A DNA stretch of 63,799 nucleotides, the filler included, from Chiloscyllium plagiosum (lineage: Eukaryota): the NCBI RefSeq assembly GCF_004010195.1. It is 3 parts of one record of this genome, joined end to end, with 100 filler letters (N's around TTAATTAATTAA, not from the genome) between each part and the next. Parts side by side here need not be neighbours in the genome. Positions count along the whole stretch, not along the records: positions 1 to 30,701 come from NC_057712.1; 2 more parts are not named here. The stretch is one strand, 5' to 3'. Shown piece by piece: positions 11,801 through 24,444 of the stretch (position 1 is the first letter of the stretch; each line of letters opens with the position of its first letter). The notes below the pieces were generated by a model, which did not search any database, had not been told where the DNA came from, and worked only from the letters and a program-made list of their open reading frames with translations. The position numbers and the translations under genes were made by a program.

Positions 11801-14800
11801 ACTTGGGGTCCCTGCTCCATGTGAGCCTCCAGGCCACTGGCCGTCCCTGCTCCATGTGAGCCTCCAGCCCACTAACCGTCCCTGCTCCATGTTAGCCTCC
11901 AGCCCACTGACTGACCATGCTCCATGGGAGACTCCTGCCCACTAGACATACCTGCTCCATGTGAGTATCCAGCACACTGGCTGTTCCTGCTCCATGTGAG
12001 CTCCAGCCCACTGGCTGTTCGTGCTCCATGTGAGCCTCCAGCCCACTGGCTGTCCCTGCTCCATCTGAGCCTGCAGCCAACTGACTGTCCATGCTCCAAT
12101 TGAGCCTCCAGCCCACTGGTTGTCCCCATTCCATCTGAGTCTCCAGCCCACTGGCTGTCTCTGCTTCATCTGAGCCTCCAGCGCACTGGCTGTACCTGCT
12201 CTATCTGAGCCTCCAGCCCACTCGCTGTCCTTGCTCCATCTGAGCCTCTAGCCCACTGGCTGTCCCTGCTCCATCTGAGCCTCCAACCCACTGGCTGTCC
12301 CTACTCCATGTGAACCTCCAGCTCCTGGCCGTCCCTACTCCATGTGAGCCTCCAGCCCACTGATCGTCCCTGCTCCATGTGACCCTCCATCCCCTTGACG
12401 GTCCATGCTCCCTGTGAGTCTCTAGCCCGCTGGCTGTCCCTGCTCCATCTGAGCCTCCAGCCCACTGACCATCCCTGCTCCATGTGAGGCTCCAGACCAC
12501 TGATCGTCCCTCCTCCATGTTAGCCCTCAGCCCCCTGTCTGTCCCTGCTCCATCTGAGCCTCCAGCCCACTGACTGTCCCTGCTCCCTGTGAGCCTCCAG
12601 CCCACTGGCCGTCCCTGCTCAATATGAGCCTCCAGCCCACTGACTGTCCCTGCTCCATGTGAGCCGCCAGCCCCCTGGTCATCGCTGTTCCATATGAGCC
12701 ACTAGCTCACTGGCTGTCCTTGCTCCATGTGAATCTCCAGCCCACTAAACGTCCCTGCTCCATGTGATCCTCCCGACCGTACCTGCACCATGTGAGCCTC
12801 CGGCCCACTGACCATCCCTGCTCCCTGTGAGCCTCTAACCCACTGACTGTCACTGCTCCATGTGAGCCTTCAGCTCACTGTCCATCCCTGCTCGATGTGA
12901 GCCTCCACCCCACTGACCGCCCCTGCTCCATGTGAGCCTCCAGCCCACTAGCTGTCTCTGCTCCATGTGGGCCTCCTGCCCACTAGCTGTCCCTGCTCCA
13001 TGTGAACCTCCAGCCCACTAAAAGTCCCTGCTCCATATGATCCTCCCGACCGTACCTGCACCATGTGAGCCTCCGGCCCACTGACCATCCCTGCTCCCTG
13101 TGAGCCTCTAACCCACTGACTGTCACTGCTCCATGTGAGCCTTCAGCTCACTGTCCATCCCTGCTCGATGTGAGCCTCCAGTCCACTGACCGTACCTGCA
13201 CCATGTGAGCCTCCGGCCCACTGACCATCCCTGCTCCCTGTGAGCCTCTAATCCACTGACTGTCACTACTCCATGTGAGCCACTAGCCCACTACCATCGC
13301 TGCTCCATCTGAGCCTCCAGCCTACGGCCATCCCTGCTCCTTGTAAGCCTTCAGCCCACTGGCCGTCCCTGCTCCATCTGAGCCTGCAGCCCACTGGATA
13401 TCCCTGATCCACACGAGCCTCCAGCCCACAGGCCGTCCCTGCACCATCTGAGCCTCCAGGCCACTGGGTATTCCTGCTCCATGTGAGCCTCCAGCCCACT
13501 GGACATTTCGGTTCCATGTGAGCCTGCAACCCACTGACCGACCCTGCTCCATGTGAGCCACTAGCCCACTACCATCGCTGCTCCATCTGAGCCTCCAGCC
13601 CACTGGCAGTCCCTGCTCCATGTGAACCTCCAGCCCACTGACCATCCCTGCTCAATGTGAGCCTCCAGCCCACTGGCCATTCCTGCTCCCTGTGAGCCTC
13701 TAGCCCACTGACTGTCTCAGCTCCATATGAGCCTCTAGCCCACTGACTGTCCCTGCTCCCTATGAGCCTCCAGCCCATTGACCGTCCCTGCTCCTCATGA
13801 GCCTCTAGACCACTGACTGTCCCTGCTCCATGTGAGCCTCTAGCCCACTGACTGTCCCTGCACAACATAAGCAGCCAGCACTCTGGCCATCCCTGCTCCA
13901 TGTGGGCCGCCAGCCCGCTGACCGTCCCTGCTCCCTGTAAGCCTCTAGCCCACTGACTGTCCCAGCTCCATGTGAGCTTCTAGCCCACTGACTGTCCCTG
14001 CTCCCTGTAAGCCTCTAGCCCACTGACTGTCCCAGCTCCATGTGAGCCTCCAGCCCACTGGCTGTCCCTGCTCCCTATGAGTTTCCAGCCCATTGACCAT
14101 CCCTGCTCCTCATGAGTCTCTAGACCATTGACTGTCCCTGCTCCATGTGAACGTCCAGCCCAATGACCGTCCCTGCTCCATCTGAGTCTCCAGCCAACTG
14201 GCTGTCCCTGCTCCATATGAGCCTCCAGGACACTAGATGTCCCTGCTCCATCTGAGTCACCAGCCCACGGCCATCCCTGCTCCATCTGAGAGTCCAACCC
14301 ACTGGCTGTCCCTGCTCCCTGTGAGCCTCGGGCCCACTGGCTGTCCCTGCTCCATGTGAACCTCCAGCCCACTGGCTGTCCCTGCTCCAAGTGAGCCTCC
14401 AGCCCATTGACCATCCCTGCTCCATGTGAGCCTCCAGCCTACTGGCCATCCCTGCTCCATGTGAGCCGCCAGCCCATTCTTCGTCCCTGCTCCAAGTGAG
14501 CCTCCAGCCCCTTGACCGTCCCTGCTCCATGTGAAACTCCAGCCCATTGGATGTCCCTGCTCCATGTGAGTCTCCAGCCCACTGGCCATCCATGCTCCAT
14601 GTGAACCTCCAGCCCACTGGCTGTCCCTGCTCCATGTTAGCCTCCAGACCACTGGCCGTCCCTGCTCCATGTGAACCTCCAGCCCACGGCTGTCCCTGCT
14701 CCATGTGAGCCTCCAGCCTACTGGCTGTTCCTGCTCCATGTGAACCTCGAGCCCACTGGCTGCCCATCCTCCATGTGAGCTTCCAGCCCACGGCCGTCCC

Positions 14801-15636
14801 TACTCCATGTGAGCCTCTAGCCCACTGACTGTCCCTGCACAATGTAAGCCTCCATGCCCCAGGCCGTCCTTGCTCCATGTGAACCTCCAGCCCAATGACC
14901 GTCCCTGCTCCACCTGAGTCTCCAGCCAACTGGTTGTCCCTGCTCCGTGAGTCTCCAGCCCACTGACCTTCCCTGCTCCATCTGAGTCACCAGCCCACGA
15001 CCTTCCCTGCTCCATCTGAGAGTCCAGCTCACTGGCTGTCCCTGCTCCCTGTGAGCCTCGAGCCCACTGTCTGTTCCTGCTCCATGTGAACTTCCAGCCT
15101 ACATCCGTCCCTGCTCCATGTGAGCCTCTAGCCCACTGAGTGTCCCTGCTCCATGTGAGTCTCCAGTCCACAGCTATCCCTGCCCCATGTGAGCCTCCAG
15201 CCCACTGTCTATTCCTGCTCCATGTGAACCTCCAGTCCACTGGCTGTCCCTGCTCCATGTGAGCCTCCAGCCCACTGACCGTCCCTGCTCCATGTGAGCC
15301 TCCGGCCCACTGACCGTTCCTGCTCCATGTGAGCCTCCAGCCCACTGACCGTTCCTGCTCCATGTGAACCAACCCATTGGATGTCCATGCTCCATATGAG
15401 CCTCCAGTCCACTGGCTGACCCTGCTCTATGTGAGCCTCCAGCCCACTGGCTGTTCCTACTCCATGTGAACCTCCAGCCCACTGGACGTCCCTGCACCAT
15501 GTGAGCCTCCAGCCCTCTGGCTGTACGTGGTCCGTGTGAGTCTCCAGCCCACTGGCCATCCCTGTTCCATGTGAACCTCCATCCCACGGCTGTCCCTGGT
15601 CGCCCAGAACCTCCAGCCCAATGGCTGCCCCTGCTC
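8822..15636. repeat. GC-rich minisatellite, 35-bp unit, roughly 195 copies
   Basis: Consensus CCCTGCTCCATGTGAGCCTCCAGCCCACTGGCTGT repeated head-to-tail with variant units over about 6.8 kb. Confidence 0.97.
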
Positions 15637-15639
15637 AGC

Positions 15640-16890
15640 TTTCCTTCCTCCTTTTGTGTCATCAGCAAATTTAGTGACCATACGTTCAGTCCCTTCATCC
15701 AAATCATTTATATAAATTATGTAAAAACAAGGGCTGCAGATGCTGGAATCCAGATTCTGGATTAGAGTGGTGCTGGAAAAGCACAGCAGTTCAGGCAGCA
15801 TCCTGAACTGCTGTGCTTTTCCAGCACCACTCTGATCTATGATTTATATAAATTGTAAAGAGTTGAAGCCCCAGCACCAGCTGCTCTGGCATACCACTTG
15901 TGATATCCTGCCAACTTGTAAAAGACCTAGCTATGCTTCTCTTTGCTTCTTGTGAGCCAGCCAATCTTCTATCCATGCCAACATGTTATCACCTGCATCA
16001 TGAGCTTTTATTTTCACAATAAACTTAAATACAGCACTTTCTCAAATGCCTTTTGAAAAACTAAATATTGTACATCCATTGGATTCCCCTTAATCTACAG
16101 CTCAAGTTACTTTATCAAAGATCTCAAATAAATTAAGTAATCATAATTTCTCTTTGAGAAAACATTATTGGCTCTGCCTGATTAGCTTGAACTTGTCCAA
16201 GTGCCCTGCTATAATGTCTTTAATACAGCATTTAATATTTTCTCTGTGACAGAGGTTATATTAACTGGTCTTTAATTTCCTGCTTTCTGCCTCCCTTTAT
16301 TTTTGAATAAAGGATTGCATTAGCCATTTTCCAATCTAAACAAAACTTCTCTGAATCTAATGAGTTTTAGGAAATGAAAAACCAATACTTCAAGAATCTC
16401 ACTCCCTATTTCTTTTAAGAACCAAGGACAAACTCTATCAGGATCTGTGGCACTGTGAATTTACAGTTCCTAGAATTTATTCAGTACTAGTTCCTTGGCA
16501 ATTGTAATTTTCTTGAGTTCCTCCCTCCCTTCCAAGTTCTGATTTGCAGCTATTTCCAAAATATTACTTGTATCCTCTCTCCTGAAGACTGACACAAAAT
16601 ATCTGTTCAATCCTTCTGCCATCTCATTACTCCATTACTAAATACCCACATTAATTTTCTATGGGTGCAACACTTATTTTGTTAACTCTTTTTGTAAATA
16701 TCTGAAGAAACTTTCCAATCTTGTTATATTTTTGGCTAACTTTCTCTTGTAATACAACTTTCCCTCCTTCTTAATCTTTTAGTAATTGATTGCTGTTTTT
16801 TTACATTCTGTTCAATCTTCTGACCTGACATCTACCTTTGTAGAATTATGTGTCTTTACTTTGAGTCTGATACTACCTTTGACCTTGTTA
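15640..16890 (-). mobile_element. CR1 LINE RT region, degenerate
   Basis: YINDLDEGTERMVTKFADDTK and LGLQLFTIYIN on minus. Confidence 0.8.
15719..15841. mobile_element. Miniature PLE fold-back insertion inside CR1
   Basis: AGAGTGGTGCTGGAAAAGCACAGCAGTTCAGG and its inverse CCTGAACTGCTGTGCTTTTCCAGCACCACTCT; 13-bp TSD ATTTATATAAATT at 15706-15718 and 15842-15854. Confidence 0.85.
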
Positions 16891-17744
16891 GTTTCTTATT
16901 TGTTATTAGATAAGGAAGAACAGCTGGGAATACCCTGAGAATTCTTCATCAGACCAGAAAGAAAACTGCTGAAGATGGACATGAGATTCAAAGATGTTTC
17001 AGTTGTTAGAAAGTAGAACACCTTCACTCAGAACTCCTGATGTTGTGTGGGAAATAATTGGAAGTTATTGGGGTTCATAAGGGTGAATCCAAGAAAGGAG
17101 CCCTAAATGAGACGTAATGGGTCAAATTATAGTTTTATGAAACAACTATGAAACTGAAGGTAAACACAGATGTAAGTTCAGGGAGGTGAATAAGGTGGAT
17201 GAGAGATGCAAAGGAATTGTAAAGGGGAAAAGTAACCCCTTATTCCTTAAATGAAACAGTTAAAACGATACATAACATTTTTAAGCAATCAAACTCGTTT
17301 GATGGAAGAAGGATTTAAATTTTCCTTTCAAGAATTCATTGAAAGCCAAAGTGACGATAGAGATAATTCAATATAAGTGTGTAGTAATCTGTCTTTAATT
17401 GAGGTTCAGAAAGACGATCTAGAGTTAATCACATTTACAAATTTTGTCCAGACTGAAGCTGGGGCTGAAAAGGTTTCAGAATTATGATGTTTAAATTGGA
17501 ATTCTGATGAGGAATGGAGATTTCTCATTAACCTGCAGACAAAGTGGGAATGGTTATTCATCAGGCAACGGTAACACTCAAATTTCATAAACACATGTTG
17601 TGAGTCGCATGTGAAATTCCTGTGGCAGAACCTATGAGCACACTAATCGTGAGTGCATTAGGTCATAATATAATTTTATAAAACATGCAAGCCAATTAGC
17701 AGTCAAACTTTAACATATATTCTAGCCAGCATCTTTAATACCCA

Positions 17745-17955
17745 GATAAAAGCAAAATATTGTGGATGCTTGAAATATGAAAGAAGAATAGAACTGTTGG
17801 AGAAACTCTGTACACATGGAAGCATCAGTGAGGAGAGAAACAGAGTTAACATTTCAAGTCCAGTGCGAATCTTCTTTGGGGCCTGGAAAAAAACATTAAC
17901 TTTTGCTCTCTCTCCACAGATCCGCAGAGTTTCCCCAGAACTTTCTGCTTTTTTA
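17745..17955. mobile_element. Old, diverged PLE-like inverted fragment
   Basis: GAGGAGAGAAACAGAGTTAACATT versus AACATTAACTTTTGCTCTCTCTCC; resembles the PLE terminal motif. Confidence 0.45.
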
Positions 17956-18199
17956 ATACCCATGCCAGTTTTTGGAAACTAATCAATGGACTGCTAGTAG
18001 ATTGTGGAGGATCATTACTGAAAATAAAAGTGGGACACCCAATCACTAATCTATATCAAACACATATATCCCTCCTGCTTGTTAACTCCTCAAAGAGTTC
18101 TAATAAATTTATTCGGCATGATCTCCTTTTCATGAAACCATAATGACTCTGCTTGATCATATGTAATTCTCCAAAATTCCTTGTATTCTGAAGAAGTAC

Positions 18200-19820
18200 C
18201 AGGGGACACTCCTATTTAAAACTGTGGCGGGGAGGCAAAAGGCAGGGTGCATTAGGATGATTGGTCCAACATCTATTGTTGGAAAAGTACTAGAATCAAT
18301 TATCAAGGAAGTAAATAGCACAACATTTGGAAAATCATAATTTAATTAAGCAGAGTCAGCATGGCTTCAAAGAAGAGAAATTGTTTCTGACTAATTTATT
18401 AGAGTTTTTTGAGGAAGTCACAACCAGAGTAGAAAGAGGGGAACCTATAGATGCGTTGTTCGAAGAAGTACCTCACATAACATTGAGTCATAAGATAGGA
18501 GGTAACATATGGTATGTTTAGACAATTAGTTATGGGCAGGTAAAGGCAAGTGGGGATAAGGGATCATCTTCAGATTGTCAACCAGTGGGGCTCCATAAGG
18601 ACAAGTGCTTGGATCACAACTGTTTACAATATACATTAATGACTTGAAAAAAGGAAGCAAATGTACTGTAGCTAAATTTGCAGTTGACACCAAAATAGGT
18701 GAAAAGGTAGATTGTGAGAGGCATATAAACAGTTTCACAGAGAGATCGTGATAGGTTAAGTAAGTTGGCAAAGTTGAAGTATAAAATGGGAAAACATGAA
18801 GTTATTAATTTTGGAAGGGAGACAAAAGAATATTGTATTATTTAAATGAAAAGAAACAACAGCAGAAGGCTGCAACACAAAGCATCTTGGGGGTATTTGT
18901 GCATGAAACACAGAAGGCCAGTACACAGGTGCAGCAGGCAATCAGGAGGGCGAATGCAATGTTAGTCCTTCTTTCCAGGGTATGGAGTATAAGAGCTGAA
19001 AATGTGTTGCTGGAAAAGCGCAGCAGGTCAGGCAGCATCCAGGGAACAGGAGAATCGACGTTTCGGGCATAAGCCCTTCTTCAGGAATCATTCCTGAAGA
19101 AGGGCTTATGCCCGAAACGTCGATTCTCCTGTTCCCTGGATGCTGCCTGACCTGCTGCGCTTTTCCAGCAACACATTTTCAGCTCTGATCTCCAGCATCT
19201 GCAGTCCTCACTTTCTCCTCTATGGAGTATAAGAGTATGGAAGTCTTACTGCAACTGTACAAAGTGCTGGTGAGTCTACATCTGGAGTACCGTCAGTAGT
19301 TTTGGTCCTCTTATTTAAGGAAAGATATCATTTCATTGCAGGCAGTTAATGGAAGGTTCATTAGGATGATCATCAGTGTGGAGGAATTGTCTTTTGAGCG
19401 AAGACTAAATAGGTTGAGACACTACTCAACAGAGGTGATTTCATTAAAATAAATAGAAATCTTAAGGGGTTTAACAGGACAAATACTGAGAGGATGTTTT
19501 CCAATCATGGAGAACTCTCGGACCAGCAGGCATGGTCTCAGGTTAAAGGGATGCCTGAGATCAGGAGGAGTTCCTTCTCTCAGAAGGTTATGAGCTTTTG
19601 GACCTCCTTGCCGCAGAGAGCTGTGGTAACAGTGTCCTTGAGTATATTTAACACTGTGACAGATACAGTCTTAATCAGACAGGGAATCAAAGGTGACAGG
19701 GAAAGCACAAGAAAGTTAACATGAGGCTGTTCAAATTAGACATGATCCTATTGAATGGTGATACAGGCTGGAGAAGTTGATCAGCCTGGACTCCTGTTCC
19801 TATTTCTAGTAGTCTTATAG
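18200..19820 (+). mobile_element. CR1 LINE RT-to-3' region, interrupted by a PLE palindrome
   Basis: LIKQSQHGF..LTNLLEFFEEVT..; ILGVFVHETQKASTQVQQAIRRAN. Confidence 0.85.
18992..19220. mobile_element. PLE-derived perfect palindrome with two head-to-head hammerhead motifs
   Basis: 97-bp arms 18992-19088 and 19090-19186 with a 1-nt spacer; 15-bp TSD TATGGAGTATAAGAG at 18981-18995 and 19221-19235. Confidence 0.92.
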
Positions 19821-19899
19821 TGGAATTTTGAAATCACATAATCAGAGAGTACAGAATCGGCTCTGCATCAACAAAAAAAGCTGCTCTAAATTTACACTA

Positions 19900-22800
19900 G
19901 TCACACTGTCCAGAAGGTGGTCCATACCTTAAACATTATGACATTTCAAGTTCTCAAACAGATACCTTTTACAGGCTGTGAGATTTTCTGTCCAGACCAT
20001 ACCCCAGGCAGTGCATTCCAGACACCTCCACCAGATTCTGGGTGAAAAAGGTTTTCCTCAAATCCCTTTTAAACTTCCTGCCTTTTGCCTTAAAATTATG
20101 TGTACTTATTATTGATGCTTCAAGAAAGGAGAACAGCTGCTTTCTATCCATCTTGTCCACACCCCTCTCATAATTTTATTCACCTCAAATAGGTCCCCTC
20201 TCATCTTCTCTGGTACAACAAAGACAACATGACCTTATTCAGCCTCTCCTCTGAGCGAAACTGCTCAATCCCAATCAGCATTGCAGTCAATCTTCTGTGC
20301 CTCCCCACCAATGCAATCACATCCTTCCTGATGTGGTGACCAGAGCTGCATACTGTACTCTATCTTTGTCTAATATTAGTCATGTACAAGTCCAACACAA
20401 CCTCCCTGCTCTTATGATCTATGCTACAACTAATAAAAGCAAATGTCCCATAAACCTTCCTTTGTTTTATTCCTTCTTCCAAATTGCATCACCTCACACT
20501 TAGCAGAGTTAAATTTCATTTGTCACTTATCTGCCAATCTGACCAATCTGTTTATATTCTCCTTTAACCTAAGACATTCTTGCTCACTGCCAATCTTTGT
20601 GTCACCCACAAACTTTTTTTATCATTCCCTCATGTTTTTGTCTATATAACAAGCAAAAGGAACCCATCACTGATCCCTGTGGTATGTCACTGGACACTGG
20701 GCTCCAGTCCCACAAACATTCTTTTACCACCGCCCTCCACCTCCTGAAGTGAACTGATTTTGGATTCAAACCTGCCAAGTTAACTTGGATTGCATGTGCT
20801 TTTACCTTCTTAAATAGTCTCCCATGTGGGACCTTGCTTCTACATTTCACCCTAGGGAACATGATGGGCCTGTATGCTCACAAGGCCTTTTTGAATTACT
20901 CTATGTGTTCTGCTGTAGATTTACTTAGAAGAGATTGTTCCAAGTCTATTTTAGCTAGATTATGCCTTATTTAATAAAATCTGCCTTCTCCCAGTGCAAA
21001 ACTCTTTTTAGCAGGGCATTTTTCTCTTTTCCATATCAAACTCAAATATGATGTTGTGGTCGCTGATATTAAAATGCTCCCCATTGACACTTTGACCATC
21101 TTTCCAGGTTCATTCCCCAGAATCAAGTCCAATACCTTGTAGGACTAACTATATGTTGATATAAAAAGCACTGCAGAATATATTTCAAGAAATCTGCCTC
21201 CTCTGGACTCATTACACTATGACTATCCCAAATAATTTTGGGGAAGGTGAAATTCCCTAATATAATTATCCTATTATTGTTTTTACAAGCTGTCTAACCT
21301 GTCTGTGAACTGTCTACATATCTGCTCCTCTGTTGCTTGCTGATATTTGGGAGGTTCTATAATACTCTCCGAGCAATGTGACTGCCCCTTTTTGTATTCC
21401 TAAGCTCTACAACCAAAATCTCATTTGAAGATCCTTCCAAAGTATTGTCCCTCCCTACTTCAGTAACCAACTCCTTAATCAATGATGCAACACTGCCTCC
21501 TCTTTTACACCAACCCCTGGTCTGCCTGAAGATCCTATAAATGGAATGCTGAAATGTGAGTCCTGGGCTCCCCCCCCCACCATTTCCCACTCCCCCCCCC
21601 CCCCCAACTTAATCATGTCTCTGTGATGACAACATCACAATTTCACATCAGTTTAAGACCTTAATTCATCTGGTTTGTAATAATAGTCTAGATTAGAGTG
21701 GTGCTGGAAAAGCACAGCAGGTCAGGTAGCATCTTTTTCAGCACCACTCTAATCTAGACTCTGATTTCCTGCATCTGCAGTCCTTGGATTCTAATAATAC
21801 TCCAAACATTAAAGTAGAAGTCATCCAGCCTAACCTTACTCACCTGAAGCTCAACATGACTGAACTCCCTCTGCCTTGGTTCTTTTCCAAAGCAATGCTA
21901 AGTCCCTATTGTACCGCCAGTCTGTGTCCACTACCACTGTCAATCTAGTTTAAATTCTTCCCAAGAGCACTGGCAAACCCTCCTACAAGGATGATGGTCC
22001 CATTTTGGTCTATGCCACTTGTTCAAGTCCAAGTTTCTCTAGAAACAGTCCCGGTGATCCAGGAGTCTAAAATTCTCTTTCCTGCACCAATATTGAGCCA
22101 TTAACTCATCTTCGCTATTCTCCTCTTGGTGCTCACTGGCACATGGCACTGGGAGTAATCCAGAGATTACAACCTTTGAGGTCCAGATCATTAGTCTATT
22201 GCTTGATGCAGACCTCATCCCTCATTATAACTATATTGTTGGTACCAATTTGTATAACTGCTTCTGAATTATCACCTTTTCCCGTCAGTTGCTCTGCAGC
22301 TGTCAGTGCCATTTTTCACTGTGGCACCAAGGAGGCAATACATCATCCTGAAGCCTTGCTTGCAGCTGCAGAAATGCCTGTCTGTTCCCCTAACTAATGA
22401 ATCCTCTATTACTATTGCTACTGTTTCCTTCTTCCTCCTGTGCAGTCAGACTACTAGTAGTGACAAACATTTGGCTCTGCTTGCACTACCTTGAGGAACC
22501 AATTCTGTCACTATCTACCAAAGTGGAAAACTGAGTTTTGAGTAGGACCTCAGGGGATTCCTGTACTATCTGCTCATTGTCTTCAACTGTCTAGAAGAAC
22601 TCCCTTCTTTCCTATAATCCCTTAAACTGCAGTGTGGCTACCATTCTAAATGTGCTATCAAGGTAACTCTCAGCCTCATGGACATGCCACAGTGTGTCCA
22701 GTCACTGCTCAAAACTCCAAACTGAAATTTCAGCAGTTGAGATTACTTCCAACACATGTGATCATCTTGGACACTGGATGCATGACTTCCCACATACAAC

Positions 22801-23540
22801 AGATTACATATTCCACTCACCTGCCATTGCCTGCCGTGACTTGAAGTTACTTATTCTTAAAGATACTCCCTTCACCTTAATTTGAGTATTCTTCTCTTAT
22901 TATTTGTATTTTACTTATCCCTGGTGCTTCTCAGTTAATCTCCACCTCTTGCACCAAGTTCTGCTCCTGCCCCCATTGATGTATTGAAGTTGTTAGGAAA
23001 ACAAGACAGCAGAAAATATAAACCTCCTTCACTTCACCTAATTCCCACATTTAGCAAATTGCCACACTCCATTCACCACTACTTGCACTCTGTACTAATT
23101 GCACAGAACCTGTTTTCTTCTCATATTCTCATATGTACTTCTAACTCGCTCTACTTATAATAAACTCTTAACATTTTCACAATAACAAATGTTCAGCAAA
23201 CTAGCATACGGTTTCCTGCTTTTGACTCATTTCCCCGTTAAATAAAGTTTTTACATTGGCAGTTATTCAATTCTCTCAGATTTTACCAAAATCTAAGGAT
23301 TTGTGGAAGATAACTACTAATGTATCTCCACAGCTACACCTTTTCAGATTCAAGTTTGCATTCCATATAGAATACTTCTTTCTCACGGGGATCTGTTTTT
23401 GCTGTGAACTATTTTCTTGAAAGTCTGCCATTGTTCCTCGACCATTTTTACTGCTCAACTCCCTTATCAGACTGCTTCAGCCAGATTAGCCCTCATTCTT
23501 TTATAATTACCCTTACTTAAGTTCAACACAGTTGTTTTTG
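19900..23540 (-). mobile_element. Degenerate CR1 LINE remnants
   Basis: KVPHGRLFKKVKAH, PQGSVMG, and endonuclease-like KRGGSVASLIKE..EILVVELRN on minus. Confidence 0.7.
21686..21791. mobile_element. Miniature PLE fold-back insertion
   Basis: GTCTAGATTAGAGTGGTGCTG and its inverse CAGCACCACTCTAATCTAGAC; flanked by TAATAATA on both sides. Confidence 0.75.
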
Positions 23541-23971
23541 ACCCAAGAGACTAATAGCAAATACATAAAAACAAGGGTCAAAACTGGGGAAAAATAAATA
23601 CACTAACTGTCACCAAGAAAAAAGTAACCAGAAAAACTAATTGGTTTAAATACTGACACATTCCATGAACCTGTTGGGACACTCCTTAGGATATGAAAGG
23701 AAGTAACTACAAAGCTAGTGGATGATAAAGTCCTAATGGCATGTAGATATTCATCCCTTTTACAACAACACTGCTGTCTGGTACGCTAATTGCTGAAGAG
23801 AAGTTCTGAAAATGTGGTATGCTCACACTGGATTGAAGGGAAAATACACAAGAAGGGCAATCTTGGACTGATCTCAAGCCCTAACAGTGCTTGCTTTGAA
23901 AAGCAAAGTGTACCGACAGTTATGATTAAAAGAACAGCTAGAAAGCATGAGCAATCCCAACCAAATGGCAT

Positions 23972-24292
23972 GGGTGGCACAGTGGCCCAGTGGTTAGCAC
24001 TGCTGCCTCACAGTGCTAGAGACCCGGGTTCGATTCCTGCCTGGGATGACTGTTTGTGTGGAGTTTGCACATTCTCCCCATGTCTGCGTGGGTTTCCGCT
24101 AGGTGTTCTGGTTTCCTCCCACAGTCCAAAGATGTGCAGAGCAGGTCAGGTAAATTGAACATGCTAAATTGCCCAATAGTGTCAGGTGCATTAGTCTGGG
24201 GTAAATATAGGGTAGGGGAATGGGTCTGGGTGGGTTACTCTTCGGAGGGTTGTTGAGACAAAGGTCCTGTTTCCATACGGTAGGGATTCTAA
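23972..24292 (+). mobile_element. tRNA-derived SINE, HE1/V-SINE type
   Basis: A box TGGCCCAGTGG, B box GGTTCGATTCC, V-domain TGTGTGGAGTTTGCACATTCTCCCC..GCGTGGGTTTCC, CR1-like tail. Confidence 0.88.
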
Positions 24293-24444
24293 AAAAATCA
24301 AATCAGAAATTTGTCCTTGCTCATACAGTGGATATGCATGGTTCTCTGCAAATGATAGTTTAAAGCATTCCTAACACCAGTAGAATATCCATTGCAGCCA
24401 CATGCAAATTAATCCAGTTCTTTCGAGTGTCAAATGCAGCTTAC

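Noticed and set aside
8822..15636. CRISPR array (35-bp repeats)
   Set aside because: Units are head-to-tail with no unique spacers, there are no cas genes, and the context is eukaryotic.
8664..15801. Gene for a GW/WG-rich repetitive protein
   Set aside because: The same peptide appears in all three frames because of the 35-bp period; scattered stops and no exon structure.
17406..17532. Possible minus-strand exon after a ctttgtctgcAG acceptor
   Set aside because: All frames reach a stop and the open one (LMRNLHSSSEF..) resembles no dynein segment I recall.
23972..24045. tRNA gene
   Set aside because: A and B boxes continue into the V-domain and LINE-like tail; it is a SINE head with several copies in the window.
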